Below, piece after piece: positions 11,855-24,612 of a DNA stretch of 64,000 nucleotides. Location: positions 140,680,001 to 140,744,000 of the forward strand of contig CM059432.1 in the NCBI GenBank assembly GCA_030390025.1, read 5' to 3'. The notes under the pieces were generated by a model. That model ran no database searches, was not told where the DNA came from, and saw only the letters and a program-made list of their open reading frames with translations. This DNA comes from Squalus acanthias. Lineage: Eukaryota. How positions within the stretch are numbered: position 1 is the first letter of the stretch; the number at the start of each line of letters is the position of its first letter. The position numbers and the translations under genes were made by a program.

Positions 11855-12016
11855 CAACGTTCCCTGTCATTTTTTTTGGTGCGCGGACCCTTTATCTGGT
11901 TGCGCAGCCCAGTCAATTTTTCGCGCCTGCGCGGTTATTTCCATTGAAAAGCCGGTGAGCAGCCTGCGCGGGAGCTCCAGACCGCAGCGCGGCCCCGCAA
12001 CTTAGTGGGAACGTTG
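11855..12016. mobile_element. hAT-type MITE (162 bp)
   Basis: TIR CAACGTTCC/GGAACGTTG; perfect 8-bp TSD CACTGCAG. Confidence 0.85.
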
Positions 12017-12039
12017 CACTGCAGATGTCAACAAGGCAC

Positions 12040-12555
12040 AACTCAACAACAACTTGTATTTATATAGCGCCTTTCACATTGTAAAACGTCCCAAGGCGCT
12101 TCACAGGAGCGATTATCAAACAAAATTTGACACCGAGCCACAAAAGGAGATATTAGGACAGATGACCAAAAGCTTGGTCAAAGAGGTAGGTTTTAAGGGT
12201 CGGCTTAAAGGAGGAATGAGAGGCGGAGAGGTTTAGGGAGGGAATTCCAGAGCTTAGGGCCCAGGCAGCTATAGGCACGGCCGCCAATGGCGTAGTGAAG
12301 AAATCGGGGACGCGCAAGAGGCCAGAATTGGAGGAGCGCAGAGATCTCGGAGGGTTGTAGGGCTGGAGGAGGTTACAGAGACAGGGAGGGGTGAGGCCAT
12401 GGAGGGATGTGAAAACAAGGATGAGAATTTTAAAATCGAGGTGCTGCCGGACTGGGAGCCAATGTAGGTCAGCGAGCACAGGGGTGATGGGACTTGTTGC
12501 GAGTTAGGATACGGGCAGCAGCATTTTGGTGGAGCTCAAGATTAGGGAGGGTGCA
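12040..12555 (-). mobile_element. L2 LINE 3' fragment
   Basis: LADLHWLPV ORF; tail rc of GGCGCTATATAAATACAAG(TTG)n. Confidence 0.88.
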
Positions 12556-12802
12556 TAGTACCAAGGCACAGTAAAGGGTCATTCTGTGTTATTGCCTTTC
12601 CCATTCACTCCACTTATCTCTCCAACATATCATCCCACTCACCTGCTCTTTGTGAACTTCCTGTAGTCATGGGAGTTGGTGGCTGTCCACATGTTACATA
12701 GACTATGATGACGACAATGAATTTGGGGAAGAGTATGATGAGGACCAGTCCTTGGATGCATGTTGCTGCCCCAATGAGAGAGACTGACACCCTTCCCTGT
12801 AT

Positions 12803-13250
12803 CAGCCACGGCTCAGTGGGTAGCACTCTCACCTCTGAGTCTAGAAGGTGGTGGGTTCAAGTCCCACTCCAGAGGCTTCAGCACAAAATCCAGGCTGACA
12901 CTCCCAGTGCAGTACTGAGGGAGTGCTGCACTGTCGGAGGTGCCGTCTTTCAGCTGAAATGTTAAACCGAGGCCCCGTCTACCCTCTCAGGTGGATGGAA
13001 AAGATCCCATGGCACTAAGAGCAGGGAGTTCTCTCTGGTGTCATGGCCCTCAACCAACATCACTAAAACAGACGATCTGGTTATTTACCACATTGCTGTT
13101 TGTGGGAGCTTGCTGTGTGCAAATTGGCTGCCGCGTTTCCTACATTACAACAGTGACTACACTACAAAAAGTGCTTAATTGGTTGTAAAGCGCTTTGGGA
13201 CATCCTGAGGATGTGAAAGGCGCTATAGCAATGCAAGTTCTTTCTCTCTT
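12803..13250 (+). mobile_element. DeuSINE, near full length
   Basis: tRNA-like head, Deu core and L2-like tail. Confidence 0.88.
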
Positions 13251-15767
13251 TTGCTATTTTCTTCCTTACATCCAGGCACCAGCTCAGATACGTTCACTCA
13301 AGGGCAATTAGATGGTGGTGGTGATAATGTGATTCACAGAGCACGAGGGATCTAGTGGAATGGGTATTGGGTTTGAAGTTCTACCTTCCCAGGGGAGGCG
13401 GCCAATGGTTTGAAGTCGTGGGTCCCAAAATTTTTCCTGAAAAGAGCAATGTTTGAGAAATATCAGACCTACGTGCAGGCTCTGAGGTCAATCTCCATTG
13501 ATGGGTCAACTGACAGATGTGACTCGCGATTTCATTGGAACGGAAAATCAGGCGGGGTGTATAACGGGCGCCTGATCCACTATCACCCTTTTCGTGCCCC
13601 CGCCAAAGTTGAATTTTTCTCCCCATAATTTTTCTGCCATGGTAAGATCTGCAATATGAATCTGGACAGACTAACCTATTGAATCCAGCAGAAAGCAGCC
13701 AGTGCGGTAAGATGTGGTGCTTTCTGTTTATAATAGTTGATGTTTTCTGTTTCTATGGTTTGATTCCCTCTGTTTTTGAGGAAAATCACGTTGGGATATT
13801 GAACCTCCCTATCAACTACTTGTAGACTTGTCTATCTACTTTCCTGGCTCACTAGTGTTCTTAGTGCAAGCCTGATTCAATTTATCTTTTGGAACCGGTT
13901 TCCTGTTAAGTGTGTATTTTGGACATGATGGCCTGTACTCCCTTTTATATCTGTATGTGTAAAATCTCACGGTGTTTTACATTACATTAAGGCTAAGTCT
14001 GCCTGGCTACTGCTTGTTTAATGCTAACTTGTAGAGAGGATGTTTGAAGCTGGAAACTTTATTAGAAAGCCATGTTTTTGGGAGGGGGAATCGAAAGTTT
14101 AAGACTTGGACCACTTACAGACTTTGCACTGTGCAACTTTTATATATGTTAACTAAAACATACAATTATAAAACACAAATGCGACTGAAATGTTTGAGTA
14201 CAGTGTAGTTCTCAATGGACTATTCAAGTTTAATGCCCCCCCCCCCCCACACACACAGGATGTGGTCCCCCCTCCTCAGAAGTAAGGTTGAAAACCCCAA
14301 CAAGAGGAACTAAACCCGCCAAAGTAAGCGAGCATCAGGAAATGTTACGCTATTATGGGTTTAGTAAATTGGTATAAACATATTTCTTGAACTAAAGAAA
14401 CACTCTCTAGGGTTGAGCGGGAGAGAGGGGGAGACAGAGGGATGAGAGGGGAGAAGAAAAAAGGATAGAGGAGAGAGAGGTGGGCGGAGAGGATGGGGAG
14501 AGGAAACCCATTCGTCCCCCTTCTCCTTTTCCCCTCTCTCGCTGCTCTACTCTCCCCCCTCCTCCTTTCATCCTTTCTCTCTTCTTCTCCCATCCTCATC
14601 TTCGCTCCTCCGCTCTGCCTTTTTCCCTCCCCTCTCCATTTCACTCCCCTCCTTTCCTCTTCCCATCCCCTCCACCTCCTTTTCCTCCCCCCCTCAACAT
14701 ATCATGAAATTTAACTCTGCACACCAGCCAAGATAATTTTACAAGTTTAATATATTGTGACCGAAGTTGTAAGTCTGCAACGAATAACTTGTAGTTTAGT
14801 CCTTTGAAAACAGAAAGAACAATATGGCAAAACCATATTGAAGAAAACCTTATTAATAACAGCTACGGCCAAATAAAATAAAACTGAGCCAGTGTGTTCC
14901 TCCCCTTTTGCTGAAAGACAGAGGGCATTTCTATAATCATATATTTCATTATAAAGCTCTGTCTGAGGGAGCAACAGATCCAATAATTGGAATTTGTAAT
15001 ATGCCAAAGATGAGATTCGCATCATATACGCTCAGAGCATTTAAAAAAAAACTTACAATAATAATATTGTGATGCAGCAGTTTTACCTCAGGTTTACCAA
15101 AAAAAATCAACCAAACTAAATGGTTGCCCACAGCTGCTAAGCAGCAGTAAAGGATCGTGGAAAGGATACAGCAATATAAAGGTAAGTCGATTTTAGCCAT
15201 TTTAAAGCCATTTTCCCCCTTTTGGTACTTAGGTTCTCATTAACCATTCTGCCAATTGATGGAGCTTATTCCCACCCCATCCCAGCACCACTCCTGGCAC
15301 CAATGGGTTTCCCAATGGGAATCCCCCTATTGGATGTGTTTGAAAGGAGAGGGGGACCAATGGAGGAATTCAGAATGGGATGAAGGATGCTGTGCACCTA
15401 CCCGCACTCCCACATCTACAGACAGAGATGATCATACTCTCCTATCCCCTTTCCATCCTTTCCCATCTTCCTTCCCCTCCTTTCCCCTCCACTCCCTAAA
15501 TCTCCCCCTCTTCTGTTCCCCTCAGCCCATCCCCAGCACCCCTTCCATGTCCTCACCCTCTCCAACTCCTCTCTCGCTCTCTGACCTCTCCCTCGCCTCT
15601 CCTTCTCTCTTCCTTTCCTCTCCCCGTCGCCTCCTCTTTCCTTCCTATTAAGTATTAAGGAAAGATGCCCGGGAGGTACCAGTCTTATCTGGGGTTGTCT
15701 GAATAATTGATGCAGTGGGCTAACCCATTATTTTTGTTACCTCTTGGACCTGTGTTGAAGTCCAGAA

Positions 15768-15935
15768 CAACACAACAACAACAACTAGCATTTATACAGC
15801 GCCTTTAACATAGTAAAACGTCCCAAGGCGCTTCACAGGAGCGATTATCAAACAAAATTTGACACTGAGCCACAAAAGGAGATAGTAGGACAGGTGACCA
15901 AAACCTTGGTCAAAGAGGAAGCTTTCAAGGAGATG
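15768..15935 (-). mobile_element. L2 3' end
   Basis: (CAA)n followed by the rc of the L2 tail motif. Confidence 0.8.
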
Positions 15936-16171
15936 AAAGTTTTTCTCGCTCTCCACTGGCAGTAAGGGTTATATGTGTAATACGTTTGGGCAGTCTCGAC
16001 CCAGCTCCCTGGGCCAAGAGAACATAATCGCCCCCGAATACATCAACAATTGTTGCTGTCACTCAAAGTCCTCAAGGATGGCGGTATGGGAAACGGAAAG
16101 TTTCACACTGGTGCGGTTCTGAGACTGAGGTCCAGGCGTATTGTTGAAGCTGAAGATACCACGGAGGAGGG

Positions 16172-16385
16172 ACAACAACAATCAACAACAACTTGCATTT
16201 ATATAGCGTCTTTAACGTAGTATCACGTCCCAAGGCGCTTCACAGGACCGTTATAAGACAAAGATTTGACACCGAGCCACATAAGGAGATATTAGGGCAG
16301 GTGACCAAAAGCTTGGTTAAAGAGGTAGGTTTTAAGGAGCGTCTTAAAGGAGGAGAAAGAGAGGTAGGGAGGGGGAGAGGAATGT
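16172..16385 (-). mobile_element. L2 3' end
   Basis: (CAA)n followed by the rc of the L2 tail motif. Confidence 0.82.
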
Positions 16386-16797
16386 GGAGAGACTAGAGAA
16401 GGTGGAATTGTTCTCCTTAGAGCAGAGAAGGTTAAGGTGAAATTTAATAGAGGTGTTCAAAATTATAAAGGGTTTTGATAGAGTAGATGGGGAGGTGGGT
16501 CAGTAATCCGAGGACACAGATTTAAGGTAATTGGCAAAAGAACCAGAGGGAAGATGAGAAGAATTTGTTTTTACACAGCGAGTTGTTGTGATCTGGAATG
16601 CGCTGCCTGAAAGGGCAGTGGAAGCAGATTCAATAGTAACTTTCAAAAGGGGAATTGGATAAATACTTGTAAAGGAGAAAAAGGGCTATGGGGGAAGAGC
16701 AGGGGAGTGGGACTAATTGGAGAGCTCTTTCAAAGAGCCGGCACAGGCATGATGGGCCAAATGGCCTCCTTCTGTGCTGTATCATTCTATGATTCTA
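16385..16797 (+). mobile_element. CR1 3' fragment
   Basis: Matches the other CR1 3' ends; ATTCTATG tail. Confidence 0.85.
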
Positions 16798-17426
16798 CTA
16801 ACATCGCTTACTCAGTAGACTAACATTAAAAAAATCACAAAAAAAAGTTTCAAGAGTGAAACTCAGTAATCTGCTTTGTTCTCCATCATACATGTCACTT
16901 ACATTTTCAACTAGGCACAGAAAACAGCAGAACCCTACAAAGAAACACAACTTAAAAGAATATATATATATATATAATAATTGAAAGCAGATGTTCTGAA
17001 ATAAACTTAAAGGAGCTCTGTTTTAATTTCGACCTTCTGAAGAGTTTTGTTGACTAAAGCAATGTATATCTTCAGCATTTTACACCAAAGGGCTTCATTT
17101 ACCCATAATTTTATTCCTTTTAAAGTATTTATTTACACAAAAAGTTACTTAACCGAAGAGCGATTCAGACTGCATGTTCTGTACTCTTGCAGTTTGAAGG
17201 TCCATCCCCCATATAAACAGAAAGTGACTCTGGCTCACAATGTATGTAAATGTCAGAGACTGCAATAGGACATAGTACTTCCTGTCACTTGATTAAAAAT
17301 AATAATCTTTAGAGAGTGCCTCCAGTGCCTCAATCAGCAAACATCCATTATGGGACTGAGACGCACAGAACTAGAAGGTCATAGGTTCAGTTCCTGATCT
17401 GTACTGAGTTAGGTGATCTCATCTAA

Positions 17427-17606
17427 GGTTGAAGTATAGGCCCCACATTTTGCCTTAATACCAATGGGTGAGGGTTGAAGTATAGGCCCTACATTTCGCC
17501 TTAATACCAATGGGTGAGGGTTGAAGTATGGGCCCTACATTTTGCCTTAATACCAATGGGTGAGGGTTGAAGTATAGGCCCCACATTTTGCCTTGATACC
17601 CATGGG
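17427..17606. repeat. Minisatellite, 46-bp unit, about 4 copies
   Basis: GGTTGAAGTATAGGCCCCACATTTTGCCTTAATACCAATGGGTGAG starting at 17427, 17473, 17519 and 17565. Confidence 0.92.
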
Positions 17607-17627
17607 CTAATTAGGGGAAAAATAAAT

Positions 17628-17820
17628 CAGTCACTGAATATATTTAAGAAGGAGATAGATAGATTTCTAGACACAAAAGGCATCAAGGGGTATGGGGAGA
17701 GAGCGGGAATATGGTATTGAGATAGAGGATCAGCCATGATCTTATTGAATGGCGGAGCAGGCTCGAAGGACCGAATGGCCGACTCCTGCTCCTATTTTTC
17801 TATGTTTCTATGTTTCTATC
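17628..17820 (+). mobile_element. CR1 3' end
   Basis: GGAGCAGG...CCTGCTCC stem and (TTTCTATG)n tail. Confidence 0.85.
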
Positions 17821-18524
17821 AGGCTTCACACTACTGAACATTCCTCAGTCTTCATTTGCAGCCCAACCACTAACTCCCTACCCTTGCCATTGATTCCACC
17901 CCCCTCCCCAGCCACTGTCTCAGGTTGAACCAGACTGTTTGCCACTTCAGTGTCCGATTCAACCCCAAGCTAAGCTTCCGACCCCATACCCTCTCTATCA
18001 TAAAGATCGACTACTTCCACCTCTGTAACATCGCCCGCCTCAGCCCATCATTTGCTGAAACCCTCATCCATGGTCTCAAGTATATTTATCACTGCGTAAT
18101 ACCTTTTGTAGAATGCACATGGCAAGCTGGAATGTGTAGACTTTAAGGCACGGAACAGGTGAGAGGTATAGATCTTAGAGACACCAACAGAGACATCTCA
18201 AAGATATGGAGTGAAGCTATTTCAGATTGGAAGGGAGGAGGGAATCTCAGATGTGGAGAAAGGACGTAATCTAAGGCACATGAAAAGGGAGAGAAGAGTA
18301 ATCCCGGAGATAACAAGCAGAAGAAGGGAGTCTTGAAGAAATGGAGTGAAGAACTCTTGTGGAAGTTGAATGGGAGCAAGGAAACTCTCTGAGACATGGA
18401 TGGAAGTGATTTCAGAGTCTTGGGATGGGTGGGAACCACATGTGGAACTATTCTGGATCATGGACGTGTAGAATCTCAAGGACATGGAGTCAAAGCGATG
18501 AGGGGGTGGAAATTGGTTATGACT

Positions 18525-18855
18525 CATTTCCCTTGTGGGGAGGAAACCAAAATTAGGGACTGTAAATATAAGATAGTCACTAATAAATCCATTAAGGAAT
18601 TTAGGAGAAATGTCATTACCCAGCGAGTGGTGAGAATGTGGAACTCGCTGCCACAGGGAGTGGTTGAGGCGAATAGCATAGATGGATTTAAAGGGAAGCT
18701 GGATAAACACATGAGGGAGAAAGGAATAGAAGAATATGTTGATAGGGTGAGACAAAGTAAAGTGGGAGGAGACTCGTGTGGAGCATAAACGTCGGCATAG
18801 GCCTGTTGGGCCGAATGGCCTGTTTCTGTGCTGCACATTCTATGTAATTCTACGT
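18525..18855 (+). mobile_element. CR1 3' fragment
   Basis: EFRRNVITQRVVRMWNSLP; CR1 tail. Confidence 0.85.
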
Positions 18856-19224
18856 ATGCATATTGTGATGTCATAACGCCATGATGTATATTAAAGCTCA
18901 ATGTACCATACTTACCTATCCCTTAGAACAGTAGATAGTGCGGTGGTAGGCGTATATGATTGGTGTTCTGTAGGGTATACTAGGGGTGAGGGGAGATCTC
19001 AGACACAAGGAGCAGGAAGGTGGAGTGATGCCAGAAGCATTAGCAGACAGGAAGAGGAAGAGAAAGCCGTCTGGCTGGTAAGCTGATGTCATTTTAAACA
19101 TTGTGGACTTTCTTTTTCCACATCTCTTTTAAATAAAATGTTTTATTGGAATATTGCTGTAATAATGAATGCTTTGCTGCTTTGGATTTCTCAGTTCCTT
19201 GCCTGTACTGTGTGTGTATGTCTG

Positions 19225-19443
19225 GACCCTAAGCTCTGGAATTCCCTCCCTAAACCTCTCCGCCTCTCCTCCTTTAAGATGCTCCTTAAAACCTACCTCT
19301 TTGACTAAGCTTTTGGTCACCTGTCCTAATATCTTCTTTTGTGACTCGGTGTCAAATTTTGTCTGATAATCGCTCCTGTGAAGCGCCCTGGGACGTTTTA
19401 CTACGTTAAAGGCTCAATATAAATGCAAGTTGTTGTTGTTGTT
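19225..19443 (+). mobile_element. L2 3' end
   Basis: L2 tail with (TTG)n. Confidence 0.85.
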
Positions 19444-19551
19444 GTGCGCAAGGGAGAGAGAATGTGGAAAAACACGTATAATGTGTTTGTGAAAGAGAAA
19501 GAGAGTAGCATTTGTGGGCTTGAGAATATGAGTGTGCGAGATACTTCAGGC

Positions 19552-19820
19552 TAAGGTTCCCAACCCTCCAGTATTGTCCAGGAGCCTCCAGGAATTAAAC
19601 ATTAATCCACTGCAGCAAGCAACCCAGGAGAAATTTCATCGGGCCAATAAAATATAATTGCGTGTTATTCTCATTTTTTTTTGAACACTTTCATTTATCA
19701 GTGATAAAAACAGTGGAAAAGGGGGAAAAAAAAGGCTGTTTGACTGGGCGGGTCGGTTGGAGGTGGGAGGTCATGGGATAAAATCTCCAGGAATACATCC
19801 AGGCAGAGTTGGCGGCCCTA
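19552..19820. mobile_element. hAT-type MITE, related to 55127-55522
   Basis: TIR TAAGGTTCCCAAC / GTTGGCGGCCCTA; degenerate TSD; a related partial copy lies at about 35710-35925. Confidence 0.65.
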
Positions 19821-20479
19821 CTTTGTGCCTGTGTGTGTCTGTGCACATGAGTGTGCAAGGAAGATGCAGATACACCTCAGGCCATCTGCTTCTTTTCCCC
19901 CCATTAGCACCAGTTCTTCCAAAAGCCCTGGAGCAAGACTGTGGCACTCAACCATTAGGACAGGAACAGAGAAATACACATTCATCTGTTACATAACATA
20001 TGAATTAGGAGCAGGTGTAGGCCATACGGCCCCTCGAGCCTGCTCCGCCATTCAATAAGAACATGGCTGATCTTCTACCTCAACTCCACCTTCCCGCACT
20101 ATCCCAATATCCATCAATCAAGGGGTGATGAAACTTTACTTAATCTTTTCTCATCGCACAGCTCTTGTTCCAGGGCTTCCGTTAGGACCACCTTAGTGTT
20201 GCCAAGACTCTATTAACATCCCCTAGATTTTACAGCAAGCAGCAGAATTTACATTGCAAGAACCCCTGTAACCATTGAGGTGAGGGGAGTCACAATTGCT
20301 TTTCATACCCCAGATATTCAGATAAGGGGAGTTAGAGATATGGAGCAAGAGCGGGTGAATAGAGTTGAGGTACCAATCTCGCGGAACAAGCTAGAGGGGC
20401 TGAATGACCTACTCTTGTTCCTATGTTCCTGTACTCTTTGAACTTGTCACGAAGAGGGGAATGGCCCCTTCAGTTAAAG

Positions 20480-20897
20480 ACTATTCCAATGCACTCCTGG
20501 CCGGCCTCCCACGTTCTTCCCTCCGTAAACTTGAGGTCATCCAAAACTCTGCTGCCCGTGTCCTAACTCGCACCAAGTCCTGTTCACCCATCTCCCCTAT
20601 GATCACTGATTTACATTGGCTCCCAGTTAAGCAACACCTCAATTTTAAAATTCTCATCCTTGTTTTCAAATCCCTCCATGGCCTCGCCCCTCCCTATCTC
20701 TGTAATCTCCTTCAGCCCTACAACCTCCCCCCCGAGATATCTGCGCTCCTCAAATTCTTTCCTCTTGAACATCCCCGATTTTCATCGCTCCACCATTAGT
20801 GGCCGTGCCTTCAGCTGCCTGGGCCCTAAGCTCTGGAATTCCCTCCCTAAACCTCTCCGCCTCTCTACCTCTCTCTCCTCCTTTAAGATGCTCCTTA
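20480..20897 (+). mobile_element. L2 3' fragment
   Basis: DYSNALLAGLP...LHWLPV. Confidence 0.88.
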
Positions 20898-22027
20898 GAA
20901 CATCGCCTCAGTTTAACGTCTCAGTGGAAAGAAGGCACCGGTGACAGTGCCGCACTCTCTCAGTGAAGAAGAATTTAAAATAACACAATTTAAAATCCCT
21001 GTGGGAGCTCAGTGTAAAGAAGGATATAACATTAGATGGTATTGTGCTTTTATAATTAGTTACTCCTTGAAGTTCTCCCTCCGAATCATCCTACGCCTTT
21101 TCCCTGATTTCAAAATAGAACAGCCACGATGTCTTCATTGAGAGCGCTTCTTAAACAAGCATCCTTACTGTAAGAGGAGAAAGTGCCGGTCATTATTACA
21201 GATCACATCCTGTTCCATATTTCTGTCAGAATGACAGAGAGACTCGGCAAATTGCTTCTTTTAACAAATGCTCACTGTTGAACGGAAATCAACTGGGGAG
21301 TGGGCAGGGAGGGAGAGAGGGGGGGAGAACTCATCGGGCCGGGCTAGTCACATCAGGCATGGGTCTTCTTGAAAGATCCTTTTAAGAGGCTAAATAGATT
21401 CGTTTTTTTTTATCCCCGCACAGAGTCTTATTAATGATTAAGAAGCCGGACGAAAGAAGGGCGAGAACTGAATAAAAGAGGGTTATGAAATGGTTATAAT
21501 TGGCCGCTGGATCATGTGTATCCACAGTGCTTTCTTGTCCTGGTATCAAACCGAAATGTAATAAATCATTTTGCCAGCTAGCCAGAATTTCTCCCGCTGG
21601 CAATGTGATAGCATTTGTTTTCCCGTCCACCTCCTCCTCCCCCCCTCTACAATTGACCTTAATTTATCTCTTCAGGCTTAAAACAGACAGCCTTGTCAGC
21701 ATTTGATTCCAGCTGTACTGGGCAATGAAAGGGGCTTTTTGCTTGTTCATCCTGAAGCTATGCGCTTTCACAGTGCTTCATAGAATCTTCGAGGACCTAC
21801 TGGCAAGGTTTGGTGTTCAACCCAAAAAACCAGTTGGTAACAATTAGTGTCTTGTGTCCGAGGGAGAGAATTTCACACACAGACTAGTAGCACTAGCTTT
21901 GCAGAGCCTTATCACGTGCAAACTGTTTAGTTAAATTATTGTCTGTATTATAGATTCTAAATGAGAGCTGTGTACATGTAATTCTGTACCCCACGGTGGC
22001 ATAATGCACATGCAATACGTTGATATA

Positions 22028-22046
22028 CTGCACCCTCTACTGGCTG
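22028..22046 (-). promoter_or_regulatory. Candidate CTCF site
   Basis: Minus strand CAGCCAGTAGAGGGTGCAG matches the CTCF core; motif only. Confidence 0.45.
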
Positions 22047-22065
22047 CATTCTGCAAATTTACAAG

Positions 22066-22552
22066 CTTCTTCTTAGGCTTCCACATTAAAAATGAGTTCT
22101 CAGGTGACTGATGAGTCTGATGCGGGACCTACAGTCTTTGTCACAGGTGGGGCAGACGGTGGTTGAAGGGGCGGGTGGGTGGGGTGCTTGGGTTGACGTG
22201 CGCTCCTTGCGCTGTTTGCGCTTGGCTTCTGCTTGCTCCCGGCGAAGAGACTCGAGGTGTTCGGCGCCTTCCCGGATGCTTCTCCTCCACTTTGTGCGGT
22301 CTTGGGCCAGGGATTCCCAGGTGTCGGTGGGGATGTTGCACTTTTTCAAGGAGGCTTTGAGGGTGTCCTTGAAGCATTTCCTCTGCCCACCTGGGACTCT
22401 CTTGTCGTGTCGGAGCTCCGAGTAGAGCGCTTGTTTTGGGAGTCTCGTATCGGGTATGCGGACGATGTGACCCGTCCATCGGAGCTGATCGAGCGTGGTC
22501 AAAGCTTTGATGCTGGGGATGTTGGCCTGAGCAAGAACACTGACGTTGGATA
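22066..22552 (-). mobile_element. RTE-clade LINE 3' fragment
   Basis: ORF 22086-22502: LRWTGHIVR...RLPK...GGQRK.FKDTLK...C-terminal CPTC...HLRTH zinc-finger-like motif. Confidence 0.88.
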
Positions 22553-22701
22553 TTAGTGAATACCAGAATATTAGTGGCTAGATTCTGTTAATCTTATAAA
22601 GCCTGAAATTACTGTTGGTGACATATGTGACAAATACTTAGCATCGTCACTGGGTCAAAATCCTGGACTCGAGGGGCTCAATGGCCTACTCCTGTTCCTA
22701 T

Positions 22702-23082
22702 ATCCCTCCATGGCCTCGCCCCTCCCTATCTCTGTAATCTCCTTCAGCCCCACAACCCCCAGAGATATCTGCGCTCCTCTAGTTCTGCCCTCTTGAGGGT
22801 CCCTGATTATATTTGCTCAACCTTTGGCAGCGTGCCTGCTGTTGCCTGGGCCCTAAGCTCTGGAATTCCCTGCCTAAACCTCTCTGCCTCGCTCCCTCTC
22901 TTTCCTCCTTTTAGATGCTCCTTAAAACCTACCTGTTTGATCAAGCTTTTGGTCACCTGCCATAATTTATCCTTATGTGGATCGGTGTCAAATTTTTTGT
23001 CTTATAGTACTCCTGTGCAGCGCCTTGGGACGTTTTACTACGTTAAAGGCGCTATATAAATACAAGTTGTTGTTGTTGCTGT
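22702..23082 (+). mobile_element. L2 3' fragment
   Basis: L2 ORF2 end and (TTG)n tail. Confidence 0.85.
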
Positions 23083-23811
23083 TGCTCCTACCTCCCTACC
23101 TGACAGCACTGTGGGAGCAAATTGACCACACGGACTGCAGCGTTTCAAGAAGAAAGCCCACTGCCACCTTCACTCGGGGTAACTAGGGATGGGCAATAAA
23201 CGCTGGCCTTGCCAGCGACGCCCACATCCCAAGAACGATGTTCATATGATGTCCACTATTTTAGCTGCAGTGTGACACACTTGTCTGCTATATCATCAAC
23301 ACGAACTTCAAGACGATAATCTACTTATAACTTGGCCCATTGTAACTTATTTTACTGAAAGGAATACACTTTGGGCTCCAATTTTGCCCAAACTGCCCAG
23401 TGCATTTTATGTTTTGAATCATATTTCGAAGTCGGACGCACAATGTTGGCAGGCTATTGCACACATTATAGTTAAGCCTGATTCTGTCCTGGCCTGTCAC
23501 GCATACACATGCACTTTGTTCAAGCAGGAGTCAGTGAATAATATCCAGGAGCGAGAACCCAGACCAATTGATAGATAACTCTTGGTCCTTGTGGTCTCCT
23601 TCTCTGGTTTCGGCCGCCTTAGGGGGTCGGAGAGGAATTTTCTGGAATATTTTTTCCCTTATGGGCCCTGGATTTTTATTAATCTTTTTTTTTACCTCTC
23701 CCAGGAGATTACATGACTGTGGGGAGTAGGAAGTGTCTGGTCATGATGTTTTAGCCAGCATGGTATGTGAGGCAGGCTTGGTGGAGCAGCTGGTCTTTTC
23801 CTACCTGCCAA

Positions 23812-24280
23812 TTTCATATATTCCCATGTTCCGATGTTCCCATGTTTGTATATTCCTATGTTCCCATGTTCATATGTTCCCATGTTTGTATATTCCTCTG
23901 TTCCCATGTTTGTATATTCCCATGTTCCCATGTTCATATGTTGCCATATTCCGATGTTCCCATGTTTCTATGTTCCTATGTTTGTATATTCCTATGTTCC
24001 CATGTTTGTATATTCCTATGATCCCATGTTCATATGTTCCCATGTTTCCATGTTCCCATGTTTGTATGTTCCTATGTTCCCATGTTCCCATGTTTGTATA
24101 TTCCTCTGTTCCCATGTTTGTATATTCCCATGTTCCCATGTTCATATGTTCCCATGTTCCCATGTTTGTATATTCCCATGTTCCCATGTTCATATGTTCC
24201 CATGTTCCCATGTTTGTATATTCCCATGTTCCCATGTTCATATGTTCCCATGTTCCGATGTTCCCATGTTACTATGTTCT
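23812..24280 (+). repeat. Octamer (GTTCCCAT)n array with a 48-bp higher-order period
   Basis: Direct reading; the 16-aa periodicity of the spurious ORF 23870-24241 corresponds to 48 bp. Confidence 0.9.
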
Positions 24281-24334
24281 CCTCCCTAACCCAGCAGCAC
24301 TGTGGCTAATTGTTGCAGTTTCACTTTGAAAGAG

Positions 24335-24612
24335 AAAAAAGAAAGAACTTGCATTTCTGTCGCACCTGTCACGACCTCAGGACAACCCAAAGCGTTTTAC
24401 AGCCAATGAGGTACTTTTTGAAGTGTAGTCACTGTTGTAATGTAGGAAACGCGGCAGTCAGTTTTGCGCACAGCAAGCTCCCACAAACAGCAATGTGATA
24501 AATAACCAGACCATCTGTTTCAGTGACGCTGATTGAGGGATAAATATTGGGCCAGGACACCGGGCAGAACTCCCCTGCTCTTCTTCGAAATAGCGCCGTG
24601 TGATCTTTTACT
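24335..24612 (-). mobile_element. DeuSINE 3' half
   Basis: rc of tail and Deu core. Confidence 0.85.

Noticed and set aside
12803..12880. tRNA genes (also at 25647, 41652, 49695 and about 57760-57838)
   Set aside because: A and B boxes run directly into SINE bodies; these are SINE heads
14345..14714. Arg/Glu-rich or Pro/Leu-rich ORFs
   Set aside because: Low-complexity purine then pyrimidine tracts; no evidence of coding
17427..17606. CRISPR-like regular repeats
   Set aside because: Head-to-tail 46-bp units with no unique spacers, in eukaryotic DNA; this is a minisatellite
23692..24329. Long repetitive ORFs (up to 198 aa)
   Set aside because: Artefacts of a stop-poor octamer array that is open in several frames
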